The notes under the pieces are model-generated. The model was not told the origin of the DNA. It did not search any database and saw nothing but the letters and a program-made list of their open reading frames with translations. The position numbers were made by a program, and so were the translations under genes. A stretch of DNA of 50,931 nucleotides from Verrucomicrobiota bacterium. GTDB taxonomy: Bacteria; Verrucomicrobiota; Verrucomicrobiia; Opitutales; Seribacteraceae. The DNA lies in the NCBI GenBank assembly GCA_027622665.1, contig JAQBYT010000031.1:1-50931 (forward strand), read 5' to 3'. Below, one piece after another: positions 28,512 to 38,704 of this stretch. How positions within the stretch are numbered: position 1 is the stretch's first letter; every line of letters starts with the position of its first letter.

Positions 28512-29147
28512 ATGGCTAAATATGTTTCAGAGTTTTTAGGGACTGCGATTTTATTTTGCGCCGTCGTCGGTTCGGGAATAATGGGTGAGACCCTCAACTC
28601 GGAAAACGTTCAGGTGACCTTGCTTACCAATACCCTGGCCACGGTGTTCGCTCTCTATTTTCTGATCAGTTCGCTTCAGCCATTCAGCACTCATTTCAAT
28701 CCTGCCGTTTCCTTTGTCTTTTGCATGAAGGGAGAAATCTCCGTCAAGACTTGCACGGGGTTCGTCGCTTTGCAGATTGCGGGAGCCATTTGCGGCGTGA
28801 TGCTCGCCAACTATATGTTTGGCATCGACCCTGTGAACTTTTCGGAAAAACCCAGATCGGGCACGAATATTTTCGTCAGTGAGGTCTTCGCGACTTTCGG
28901 GCTCCTGCTGGTGATCCTTTTGTCGACCAAAGAAAAGGTTGCGGGCGGAGTGGCCGCCTATATCGGCGCGGCGTATTGGTTTACCTCCTCCACTTCCTTT
29001 GCCAACCCTGCGGGCACGATCGGTCGGGCCTTTTCCAACACCTTTGCCGGCATCAGTCCCGATGACGTGATGGCTTTTTGCGGCGCTCAGGTGATCGGCG
29101 CCATGCTGGCCTACCTGATTTATAAAAAGGTATTCAGCAAGACCTGA
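28512..29147 (+). CDS. MIP/aquaporin family channel, AqpS-like arsenite conduit
   Basis: Two NPA boxes (HFNPAVS, FANPAGT); AAYWFTSSTSFANPA; located in the ars operon. Confidence 0.9.
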   Translation: MAKYVSEFLGTAILFCAVVGSGIMGETLNSENVQVTLLTNTLATVFALYFLISSLQPFSTHFNPAVSFVFCMKGEISVKTCTGFVALQIAGAICGVMLANYMFGIDPVNFSEKPRSGTNIFVSEVFATFGLLLVILLSTKEKVAGGVAAYIGAAYWFTSSTSFANPAGTIGRAFSNTFAGISPDDVMAFCGAQVIGAMLAYLIYKKVFSKT

Positions 29148-29226
29148 CGGTTTTCCCAGCCGAAACTAGGTACGAGGGACAAATCCCCGTGCGATTCCGA
29201 AACTTTTAGATTCTGTCACTTTTTTA

Positions 29227-29665
29227 ATACGTCCATCCCTGACAACGAAATTCATTCTCATTCTTCTCCTAGCGTCCGCGTCTTCACTTGTCGCCCGACC
29301 ATTGCCCAATGTCTTGTGGATCGTGCTCGAGGATCAGTCGAAGCACTATGGTTTCAATGGCGAACCGCTGGTGAAAACTCCGGTTCTTGACGATTTCTGC
29401 AAAAACGGAGTGCGTTTTACCAACGCGTCGGTCACCGCTCCGGCCTGCTCGACCGCACGCTCGGCCCTAATAACGGGAATGTAGCAAACGAGCATCGGCG
29501 CCCACCACCACCGGAGCGGGCGTGGCGAATTGAATATTCAAAAGCCCGGGCAAGTCCGATTATAATTTCGAATGGGATCCTGCCGTTTTCGATCCCGGAG
29601 AATGGTCGGGCCGTAAGAAAGGCCAGCCCTTCTTCGCCAAGATCTGCCTAAGCGGAGGAAAGCAA
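29227..29665 (+). pseudogene. Decayed sulfatase N-terminal fragment
   Basis: Signal-like stretch without ATG (ATA at 29227); [36 protein letters not shown] (TAG at 29482-84); internal deletion/frameshift into GKSDYNFEW...GQPFFAKI; then similarity ends. Confidence 0.88.
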
Positions 29666-30086
29666 AGCTTTTATAAGTTCAGGTTCGGGAGGTATATGTT
29701 TCTCATTTGCAGAGAGATCTTGTTCTTTCGGCAGTGATTTTTTCTTTGTTTCCTTTTTTGTTATTGGTGGCGAGGATTTTGCCTCGACGGTATCTCATTC
29801 CGAGCCAACCTTGAAGAGGATGAGGTTGGGCCTGGCAAGAGCGCTTAGTGCCCCGGAGATAAGGAAGAGGAATAGGTGAGGGAATGATGACTTCGTAAGG
29901 ACTACAAAAGCGATCATATTGCCCTAGGGGTCATGAAATAGGCAAAATCTTTCTTAGCCTTCGCCCAGATTTGTTTTTTAGACGAGCAATCACTCGCGTC
30001 CCTTAATCCAAACTGTCGAAATTCGTTAAATCGGAATTGAAAGAAAAGTTCGATCGTGGATAGAATGACCTCTGTTTCGAACTCGT

Positions 30087-32528
30087 ATGAATATTCACGA
30101 ATGGAATGGATGGTTTCCTTCTTTTGCAACGCCTGTCGCTGGATTGGTTTTGTTGCTGGTTCTAGTTGGATCCGTGCAAGGAAGAGAGGATATCAAATCG
30201 GATTTGGCAGGCTTTCGCCAAAGCGTGAAACCGTTACTCCAGAAGTACTGCGTGGACTGCCATGGCCCAGACAAGCAAAAAGGAGATATGCGTTTGGATA
30301 CCATCGATCCGGACGTGGTGGGGGGGACAAGCTTTGATCAATGGGAAGATGTTCGGGAAGCTTTCAATACGGGTGAAATGCCCCCTGAGAAGAAACCACA
30401 ACCCACGGGAACCGAACGCGACTTGATGACTCGATGGATGGATGCGGAGTTCAAAAAAGTGAAACTTCATGGTTCGACGAAGAAACGCGGAACTGTCCGG
30501 CGGTTGACCCGGTATGAATTGAAGTATGCCTTTGAGGATCTGCTTGGTTTTCCCATTCACGATGAGGTAGATAGGCTCCCTGAAGAGGGGACGAGTATCG
30601 AAACCGGGTTAAAGAACAATGCGCGGATGCTTCTCATAAGCAGTCCCCACTTGGAATCCTACCTCGACGTCGTAATGACCATCATCGAACGGATGAAGGA
30701 AGTCGCGGTTTTCGAACCTTTCGTCAACCGTGCCGACATCGCCAACCTGGACGTTGCTCCGCCGGTGAAATACACTTCCGAAAAAAAGAAAATCCCGCCC
30801 GTCCTCGCCAAAGTATCCCGTGCGGGGAGTGGGATAGTGATCGAGAAAGGGGGATATCTTGATCTGAACGTAACTTCGATTTCCAAGTGCAAATCCCAAA
30901 CTTCCATAGTGGCAAAGGCAGAGAGTGTGGGAAGGATTGAGGTTGCCATGGGTTTCCAGCGTTCGGACGTCGATACCCGATTAACGTTTTGTCGGATGGG
31001 GACCATCGATATCGCAGAAGGCGATGAGCTTCGGGATTATGTTTTGGAATCCTATCCGGAAGACTTGACCGATGAGTTTACCAGGGGCGATCGCCCTTTT
31101 TTCCTACGCATCACGAACCGGGGGGGGCAGAATCTCTACCTCGAAGCCTTGGAGTACCTGGGCAACGTGAACACGGAATTGGTGAACACTTTGATTCCTC
31201 ATGATCTCGGGGAATCTGAAGTTGATCAACAGGTTCAAAGTAAGATTGCTTCCTTTGTCGCAAAGGCCTTTCGAAGAACGCCCACCGAGGCCGAGCTCAA
31301 AAAGTAGCAGCAGGTTTATGAACTTCATGCCAAAGAGGAATCTCCGGCTCTCGCCCTTCTTGGCGCTTACAAGGAAATCTTGTGTTCGCCCAAGTTCTTT
31401 TATCTCGGGCTTTCGGGGAATCTGGGGGTAGAAGAAGACGCGAATTTCAAACTGGCTGAACGACTCGCTTTTTTCTTGTGGTGTTCGGTACCCGACGAAC
31501 CCTTGCTCAAGGCGGCGGCCGAAGGGAGTCTAATCCGACAACCGGAACTCGAATCTCAAGTGAAGCGCATGTTGAAGGATGAGAAATCGAGGAGATGGGT
31601 GGAACGTTTTGCCGACCAATGGTTGCAAACCGCGCTACTGGGTAACGTTGCCGTTGACCGGAACTACTACCCCAAGTTCAAGGATACGATCAAGGACCTG
31701 ATGCAAAGGGAAACCTACGAAGCCATGAACGACGTCTTTCGCAACGGTTCCCCCGCTCTCGACTTGCTCAAAGCGGATCATGTGTTCGTGAACCAGACTT
31801 TGGCTTCATTTTACAAGCTCAAGGGCGTAAGAGGAGAAGAATTCCAAAAGGTCGCAGTGGATGAAAAATCTCATCGGGGCGGATTGCTGACCCAAGGTAC
31901 CTTTCTAATCGGTAATTCCGACGGTATGAATTCACATGCCATTCTCCGAGGGGTTTGGCTTGCCGACGTGATCCTTCACGATCCGCCTCCCGATCCGCCC
32001 GCAAACGTACCTCCGCTCGATGAAAACATTCCCGGTTTTAACAAGATGACCCTTAATCAAAAGCTCTTTGCTCATCGCAACAACGAAGCCTGCCGGAGTT
32101 GTCACCGGAAAATCGACCCGTGGGGAATACCCTTTGAAAATTTCGATGCAAGTGGGCTTTGGCGAACTAAAGTTTTGGTTGTATCCAAAGCTTCCGAGCC
32201 GCCGAAAGGTCAAGAGGGTGCTCCCAAAAACGCCAAGAAGCCTACCTTCGAAAAAAATTATTTGGAGATCGAGCGCAAATCCACTTTGGAGGATGGCGTG
32301 GAAGTGGATGGGATCGAAAAACTAAAGGAGTATCTGATCAATCACCGTAAAAGGGATTTTGCCAAAGGTCTGGTGGAACGGATTCTAGCCTATGGGCTCT
32401 CGAGAGACCTTGATTTTTACGATGAAGAACTGGTGGATGAGTTGGTTGACCACTTTGAGGGAAGCAACTACTCTGTACCTGAATTGATTGAAGAAATCGT
32501 TTCAAGGAAGACTTTCTCAAAAAGATAA
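30087..32528 (+). pseudogene. Two-heme cytochrome (PSCyt1 + DUF1587/1595/1592/1588/1585-type domains) split by one in-frame TAG at 31305-31307
   Basis: Track ORFs 30087-31307 and 31380-32528 are in the same frame, and the intervening codons read QQVYELHAKEESPALALLGAYKEI with no further stop. Motifs CVDCH, GEMPP, RRLTRYE, AFRR, LAFFLWCSVPD, HRGGLL, CRSCHRKIDPWG. Confidence 0.88.
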
Positions 32529-32542
32529 TAGAAAGAAAAAAA

Positions 32543-33886
32543 ATGGCATCCAAATCCTGGCATTTCGAACGGCGAACCTTTCTGAGAGGGGCGGGCGTTA
32601 CCCTTGGGCTTCCTTTCCTCAACGCCATGGCTGGGGCGAGCGAAAGCAAGGCCCTCGCTGCCTTGCCCAAGCGGGCGGCCTTCATCTTTTTTCCCAATGG
32701 GGTGAGCCTGCCGACTGAAAAGGATCCACAGCACGAGGATTGGTACTGGTTTCCCAAAGGGAAAGGAAGAAACTTTGAGTTCCGGAAAAGCCAAGAGGCC
32801 TTGAACCCGTATCGCGAAGACCTTTCAGTGGTCTCCGGGCTCTCTCATCCCTTGAACCGGAATAGTGGAGATGCCCACGTCAACCCGACGGGCTATTTGA
32901 CCTCCAAGGAAATGGTCAAGGGTAAGACTGCCCTTAACTCGATTTCCATTGATCAAGCGATCGCCAATCATCATGCGGGCAAGACGCAATTGGCTTCCAT
33001 GCCGCTTTCGACTGTCGGGGGAGTAGGTAGTTTGACGAGAAACTACACCTTGTCCTACGATAAGGATGGGAAAGGGATTCCCGCCTGGTCGAATCTGAAG
33101 GAAATATACGAGCGCATGTACGTCGCAAGCAATCCGGCGGCTTTGGCCCGCTTGAAGGGGAAAACTCATTTGCTTAACGAAATTCATGAGGATGCGAAGG
33201 ACCTGACCCGCAACCTTGGAAAAGAAGACCAGGGAACTCTCGAAGAGTACCTGCAAGCGGTTTCCGAATTGGAAAAGAAAATTGCCAACGACCGGCTCTG
33301 GGCGAAAAAAGAATCCGCGACCGCTCCACCTGAAATCGAATTGGACATCGAGTTCACCGACGTTGAAAACTACATGCGTACGATGTACGACTTGATGTAC
33401 GTCGCCTTCAAGTCCGATATTTCGCGGGTTGCGACTTATCAAATCGCGTCCGAAGGCGGCACGGCTCCCACCAACAATCTTTCCAAGCGGATCGGACTCA
33501 CCCAAGACCTTCACCAGTTGAGTCATTCCGCGGCCAAAGGAAAGGAAGGCTTCAAGGATTGGGGCATCTGGGATCAATTCGTGGCCAAGCAATTGGCTTA
33601 CTTCATTAATCGTCTCAAGGAAACCCCCGAGGGTGACGGTAGTTTGCTCGATCGCACTCTCATCTTTCAGGGAGCGGCGACCTCAAGGGTTCACGACAAT
33701 ACCAATTTTCCGATCATCATGGCCGGTGGAAAGCAAATGGGGCACAAGGCCGGTCAATTCATCACCTACGATGAGAAGAAGAACGCTTTGTCCAACCTGT
33801 TTGCCCGAATTGGTAATGCAATGGACGTCCCTATGGAAAATTTTGGGGACAGCAGCGGAATACCGATGACCGAGCTGTTCGGCTGA
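32543..33886 (+). CDS. DUF1552 family protein, Tat-exported
   Basis: ERRTFLRGAGVTLGLPFL; FIFFPNGV; ISIDQ; HQLSHS; EGDGSLLDRTL; NFPIIMAGG. Confidence 0.92.
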   Translation: MASKSWHFERRTFLRGAGVTLGLPFLNAMAGASESKALAALPKRAAFIFFPNGVSLPTEKDPQHEDWYWFPKGKGRNFEFRKSQEALNPYREDLSVVSGLSHPLNRNSGDAHVNPTGYLTSKEMVKGKTALNSISIDQAIANHHAGKTQLASMPLSTVGGVGSLTRNYTLSYDKDGKGIPAWSNLKEIYERMYVASNPAALARLKGKTHLLNEIHEDAKDLTRNLGKEDQGTLEEYLQAVSELEKKIANDRLWAKKESATAPPEIELDIEFTDVENYMRTMYDLMYVAFKSDISRVATYQIASEGGTAPTNNLSKRIGLTQDLHQLSHSAAKGKEGFKDWGIWDQFVAKQLAYFINRLKETPEGDGSLLDRTLIFQGAATSRVHDNTNFPIIMAGGKQMGHKAGQFITYDEKKNALSNLFARIGNAMDVPMENFGDSSGIPMTELFG

Positions 33887-33954
33887 TCAAACTATCCCCC
33901 GCCCAGTCCAGCGGATTTTCAAATCAGGTAAACGGTAGGGTAAGCTTTGGGGTC

Positions 33955-35249
33955 TTACTTGACTTGCAGTTCGCTCAGCTTGAGTTCGAGTGAATGCACG
34001 GCTTCCCCGTCAATGCTTATGACCGAGTATTTGAACGTCGGGTCCTTTGCCGTGAGGTCGAAGTCGACCCGCCCGAAGGATTGCTTCTTGTTGTAGCCGA
34101 ATAGGGAGTGTTTGATCAATCCGTGCACGTGCTGGTTGGTTAACCTGGAGGACTGGCACTCGTAGAGGGGATACATTCCCTCGATTCCGGTATCGATCTT
34201 GTACGCGTCCGAGCGGTGACGGTCGGCGGACAGGATGACGACCCCGGGTATCTTTTCCTTGGCGATAAACTGGAAGATCTTTTGGCGTTCGCCTTCAAAC
34301 CCGTCCCATGTGTCTTTGGATCCCGGCTTGACCTTCGGGGTAACTGGAACGTTTGTGCAGAACACGGTGAAGGTTGAGGTTCCTTGAGGGTCTTCTTGAG
34401 CCACTTTATCTGAGCGGATCCGAGCATGGAAGGGGTTTTCCCCTTGGGCGACTCGCGGTAATAACGCCCGTCAATGAGGACGAAGTGTACCTTCCCAATC
34501 CAGAAGTCGAACCAGCAACCAGGCTGCTTCTCGCCGCCCCCGTAGTATGGGTTGTCCCAGTTGTCTTTGAACACGTTCCATACGTCGCGCTTCCAGGTGG
34601 GTTCCTCGATCGCCGGACCGCCCCAGCCGTCGTTGGTGGTGAAGTCATGGTCGTCCCAGATTGCGTAGATCGGGACCTTCTTGGCGAGTTTTGCCCATTC
34701 AGGCTGACTTTGCCGCCGGTAATAATGAAAAAGCTGCATCTCCGGGGTCTTGGGATCGTCGATGTAGACGTTGTCACCGAGCAGGAGGAGGGCCCGCGGA
34801 TCGATCGCTCCTATTGTATCCCACATCCGCTCGTGCGGGGGGACGTATCCGGCTCCTCCGCCGAAGGCGATGGTGAACTTGTCTGAAGGAGCGTCTTTCT
34901 TCAGCGAAGTGTCGGCTAGAGTACGTTCCCAAGGCCAAGTCTTGGCATCGAACTTCCAGGCGTTCGGTTTGTCGAGTGCAAGGTCGATGAGCATTTGAGT
35001 CTGTTCCGGGTTTACCTTCTTGTCCGTAGTCGACTTAAGGTAGGCGATGGCCTCCTTCTTCTTTCCCTTCAGGATGAGCTTGAGGGCGTGGGGATGAATG
35101 CGCTTTGCCTGATTTCCTTTTTCAGGTTTCTCGTTGTTGACTCTTGGATTGGAGGCTTGGGCAAAAAGTCCGGAGGCACTCATCATGGCTAAGGCGACGA
35201 ACAGAGAGAGGCACGTTTTGAGGATAGGCAGGCTTTTTGTTTTTCTCAT
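33955..35249 (-). pseudogene. Alkaline phosphatase D (PhoD-like) gene with a 1-nt frameshift near 34378
   Basis: Signal peptide; LGDNVYID, WDDHDF, DGRYYR, MLGSAQIKWL in one frame; DTWDGFEGER and LSADRH continue in the adjacent frame (track ORF 33955-34404). Confidence 0.85.
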
Positions 35250-35334
35250 GAGCTTGAAAGTCTTTTCAATATGAGTTCTTTTGGCAACCCGGCTTCGGGT
35301 AGGTTTGGCGATTTAGCTCTCCATCCTCGCTCTT

Positions 35335-36549
35335 TTATTTCTCGAGATTGAAAGCATCTCGATTGTCCGCAAACTCATCAAATACTTTCTGTGCATGGTT
35401 GATGGCGCGGTAAGTACGAATATTATTCTTTATCTCCACCTCAATCACATGTTGTTCCGATACGAATTTTTCAACATACCAGTATTCGTCTTTTTCTGGT
35501 TTGCGAGTGTCCACCCCCCATGCACCGTCTCCTATATATAGGGTGCCTTCTGGGTCGACTTTGTCCGCCCGTAAAAGCTTGGAGCGTTTGTACAGATGGT
35601 GATCGTTTTCAAATGCGCAATCCAAGCCATATTCATCAAAGGCGGGAATCCAATGCTTGCGAATGTTCATGCTCACAAGGTTATCGAGTCCACCTTTCAT
35701 CACGCCATAAGCTGGTGCGTGGTAGAGTGCAAACAAGTGAAGTCTGTCCCTGCGGGAAGACAGTGAAGAACGAATGAAGTCGACTTGGCTTTCGACCGGA
35801 TGGGTATGGCTGGAATCTAGAACGATGACCGATAGATCCTCGTAAAAATCTACCATATAAAAAGACTGTTGTTTATTAGGAAATGGAAAAAGACTGTAGA
35901 ACATGGGGGCATCTTTGGGGGTTCGCCCGAAACCGGGGCTGGATACCTCATGATTTCCAATCGCAACGACAAAGGGAATACTCAGACCATCCGCCCGCAA
36001 CGCATTATTGGAATATATCTCAATCCAAGAGAGCCATTTTTTCCAGCTTATGGCATTTGCATAGGCAAGGTCACCTCCAAGCAGGGCAAAGTCAGGCGAG
36101 CGAGAAGCCATTGCCTTGACCCCAGCAGTAAGCATCTCAGCGTCTTTCATCATGTCTCCTCCCGCTACAAAACTGAGTTTGTCCGGTCGCTTTTCAGGTA
36201 AAGTACGGGCTAAAAATTCATTGTCTCCCAGAACTACTCGATAGGTGGTGGCGGGACGCAATTCGGTTAACTTGACCTGGCACACTTCGACGTCCGAATC
36301 CTTATAAAAGGAGTGTCGCTCAACTTTGGCGGAATGGGTGCTGTTCCCATCTGCAATTCCCCATCTGAACCGTGTAGGCTCATCTTCCCTCACCAGCCAA
36401 ATTACGTTGAAAGTGGTCGCTGGCGAATCCGTCCAAGTGAAGAGCGCTTTCTCAATCCCCTGACTGGTTGACTCGTTATTGTACACCACAAAGAGTGCAG
36501 TCAAAGAAGTGAATACCAGTGTGAAGGTGATGATGATCGATCTTTTCAT
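35335..36549 (-). CDS. Purple acid phosphatase-like metallophosphoesterase with N-terminal FN3-like domain
   Basis: N-terminal hydrophobic helix; LTELRPATTY; GGDM, GGDLAY, GNHE, YHAP, ENDHH metal motifs. Confidence 0.88.
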   Translation of the reverse strand: MKRSIIITFTLVFTSLTALFVVYNNESTSQGIEKALFTWTDSPATTFNVIWLVREDEPTRFRWGIADGNSTHSAKVERHSFYKDSDVEVCQVKLTELRPATTYRVVLGDNEFLARTLPEKRPDKLSFVAGGDMMKDAEMLTAGVKAMASRSPDFALLGGDLAYANAISWKKWLSWIEIYSNNALRADGLSIPFVVAIGNHEVSSPGFGRTPKDAPMFYSLFPFPNKQQSFYMVDFYEDLSVIVLDSSHTHPVESQVDFIRSSLSSRRDRLHLFALYHAPAYGVMKGGLDNLVSMNIRKHWIPAFDEYGLDCAFENDHHLYKRSKLLRADKVDPEGTLYIGDGAWGVDTRKPEKDEYWYVEKFVSEQHVIEVEIKNNIRTYRAINHAQKVFDEFADNRDAFNLEK

Positions 36550-36682
36550 CTTCTTGGTTCCAGTAATTTAGCTAAGTTCAATATCACGATTGAGAGACCG
36601 TTAGCATCACTGGCAAGGGTGTTGCGATCATTTTACGCAACGCTATGGCCAAGCCCACTGGTAATGAAGGATTTTCCATTAT

Positions 36683-37552
36683 TCATTTGTTGGAACATAT
36701 TTGTTTTTGTAGCCAAGCCCGAGCCGTTTGCCGGGTGGGACTTTCACGATGGGCCCAGAGGTCGGTATGGGAATGGATGACGGGGCCATCGGGAATCTTA
36801 AAGATCTTGGCCACGGGGACGGGCAGGAAGGTGAAGGCCCCGAGGTCTGTGTGTTCCTTGAGGTAGTCGTTTGCGCTTCCGCACACCAGAACAGGACGAC
36901 CCTTCAGCCGGGCGAGGCGCTTGAGAGCGGAAGCCCGGTCACTTTTTGGGTAACCCCATTTCCTTTGTCCGTCGAAATGATCGTGGGCGATCATTCCCTT
37001 CCAGAAGGCGGCGATTTCATCATCCGCCAATCCGAGGTAACCACAGGCTATGGCACCGCGTGAAAATCCGCAGACAAAGAGGTTGTCGGGATCTCCACCG
37101 AATGCCTTGCAGATACGGGGCAGGTTGACCTTGCAGTAGTCGATGGTGGCTTGGCGGTCGCCCCACCACTTCACCGTGTTCTCCTTCTTGCCCTTCTGGA
37201 CGTAAGGCATGGATACCCAAATGAAGCCTTTCCCTCCGCTCAATCCGTAGCCCAAGTTGGCACCCTTGACCTCTCCGGTTGATCCGCAAAAAGGTGCCTT
37301 GTTGCCAGTGTACTCGACCAGCACGGGATAGGTCTTTCCCTTTTGCCAGTCGGTGGGGAGGTAGAGTGTGTGATAGACCTGTGTGCTTTCGTACTCGGGT
37401 GCAACTTGACGGACCCGCTTGCCCGGAGCGGGCACCTCCTCCGCCATGACGGGGGTGACCAAATCCTTGGCTGGTTGCGATTTTGCCAGAGAATGAGCAT
37501 GCCCGTTCCATAGCAAAGCGATGGAAAAAAGGATCCGCACTAATAGATTCAT
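36683..37552 (-). CDS. Exported alpha/beta-hydrolase-fold protein (esterase-like)
   Basis: Signal peptide; LYLPTDW..YPVLVEY; GFSRGA nucleophile elbow; C-terminal HSHTD. Confidence 0.72.
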   Translation of the reverse strand: MNLLVRILFSIALLWNGHAHSLAKSQPAKDLVTPVMAEEVPAPGKRVRQVAPEYESTQVYHTLYLPTDWQKGKTYPVLVEYTGNKAPFCGSTGEVKGANLGYGLSGGKGFIWVSMPYVQKGKKENTVKWWGDRQATIDYCKVNLPRICKAFGGDPDNLFVCGFSRGAIACGYLGLADDEIAAFWKGMIAHDHFDGQRKWGYPKSDRASALKRLARLKGRPVLVCGSANDYLKEHTDLGAFTFLPVPVAKIFKIPDGPVIHSHTDLWAHRESPTRQTARAWLQKQICSNK

Positions 37553-37639
37553 GGAGACCTATCCTAGAAACGTTGCATTGCTGGTCGATTCGATTCGACA
37601 AGCTAAGGGAAATTGCCGAATCAAGGACGCTTAGGAAAA

Positions 37640-38092
37640 TCAGGATTTGGCCAAGGCGACCACGATCTCCTGCTTCGACTTAACGACACCGCCCGGTTGC
37701 TCGAGAGTGATGACGAAGGCGGCGGGGTCGGAGACTTGCAGGGCGTTGCGGATGGGGATAATCGCCGTTGCGCTTCCTGAGGGAATATTGAAGACGCCGC
37801 CATCCACTGGAATCTCATCCCGTTTCGGGTCCACGATCCAAAGCTGATATTGGTTTTTGGTTGGGTCGTTGACGGGCAGGTTGACGAGAGACATGTATCC
37901 TTCTTGGCGCTCGTCGTTCCATATGACTTCGCCACTGATTTCCGCATAGGGATCACTCGCTGGGGAGAAGGCCAGACGCTTGGTTTCGGGAGCATCCCGA
38001 ACCAGTGCTTCAAGTTGTTGAGCGGCAGTTAATTCAGGAGCGAGTACCGGCGTGTCGAAGTCGGGGAGGTTGAAGAAAACAAGAAGGCATGC
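37640..38092 (-). pseudogene. Anti-sigma factor (RskA-like), N-terminus deleted
   Basis: One open frame ACLLVFFNLP...GEVIWNDERQEGYM..NLPVNDPTKNQYQLWI..PVDGGVF..FVITLEQPGGV. It begins inside the TM helix and has no start codon or cytoplasmic domain. Confidence 0.85.
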
Positions 38093-38630
38093 CGGTTTCT
38101 TTAACTATTTCCTCATGTGTCATTCCCTTTACGAAATGAAGGGAAAAGAGTTCCCGGGTTTTTTCGGGTAGTTGTTCGAGAGCCTTCCATAGAAGTTCTC
38201 GATCCAAACCGGTTCCGGCAATTGGAATAACAGAAGAAGCTTCAGGAACACTCTCCAAATCAGTCAGCACGGGAAGCCTACTTTGCTTGCGTTGCCAGTC
38301 AATTGAACGGCGACGGGCAATCAATCCGATGAAGGTTGTCTCGCGGGCAACTGCTGGGTTGTATGTGCCGGCTTTTTGCCAGATTTCGGTGAAAATTCCC
38401 TGACATGTCTCCTCGGCGTCAATACGTTCGCTTATGCGACGGCAAACTATGCTCCAAACAAGCGGACCGTATACATCAATGCACCTTTTCATCGCTTGTC
38501 CGTCCCCTTTTGCGACGAGAGGGAGCAAGGATTCGTTCGCGTTGGCTTGAGAACCCTCGGAAGCAACGATTCCGAGCGCGAAGCGAAAGGAATCGATATT
38601 GGAAAAGAGGATGAAGTTACGCAAATACAT
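38034..38630 (-). pseudogene. ECF sigma factor (SigK-like), region-4 recognition helix deleted
   Basis: Region 2 (DAEETCQGIFTEIWQKA, IARRRSIDWQRK) and region 4 start (LPEKTRELFSL..GMTHEEIVKETGMP) are present, then an out-of-frame tail replaces the expected LGTVK-type helix. Start codon uncertain. Confidence 0.85.
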
Positions 38631-38704
38631 GCTAAGAAGTTAGCCGAAATATTAACATTGATTATGATGTCATCAATGAAAATAGATTTTTTGTTTTCCA
38701 TAGA

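Noticed and set aside
29670..30129. ORF 29914-30129 and other short frames in this gap
   Set aside because: No recognisable motif; the ORF overlaps the start of the cytochrome gene on the other strand.
29482..31307. Stop-codon reassignment (two in-frame TAGs at plausible Tyr positions)
   Set aside because: TAG is the normal terminator of intact genes here (15930, 23042, 25429), and one of the two TAGs is in a gene with several other lesions.
36550..36600. Pho box upstream of the acid phosphatase
   Set aside because: The best half-sites (GGTCTCT, CGTGATA) are too degenerate to support.
38656..38678. FNR site
   Set aside because: The spacing is TTGAT-N9-ATCAA, not N4.
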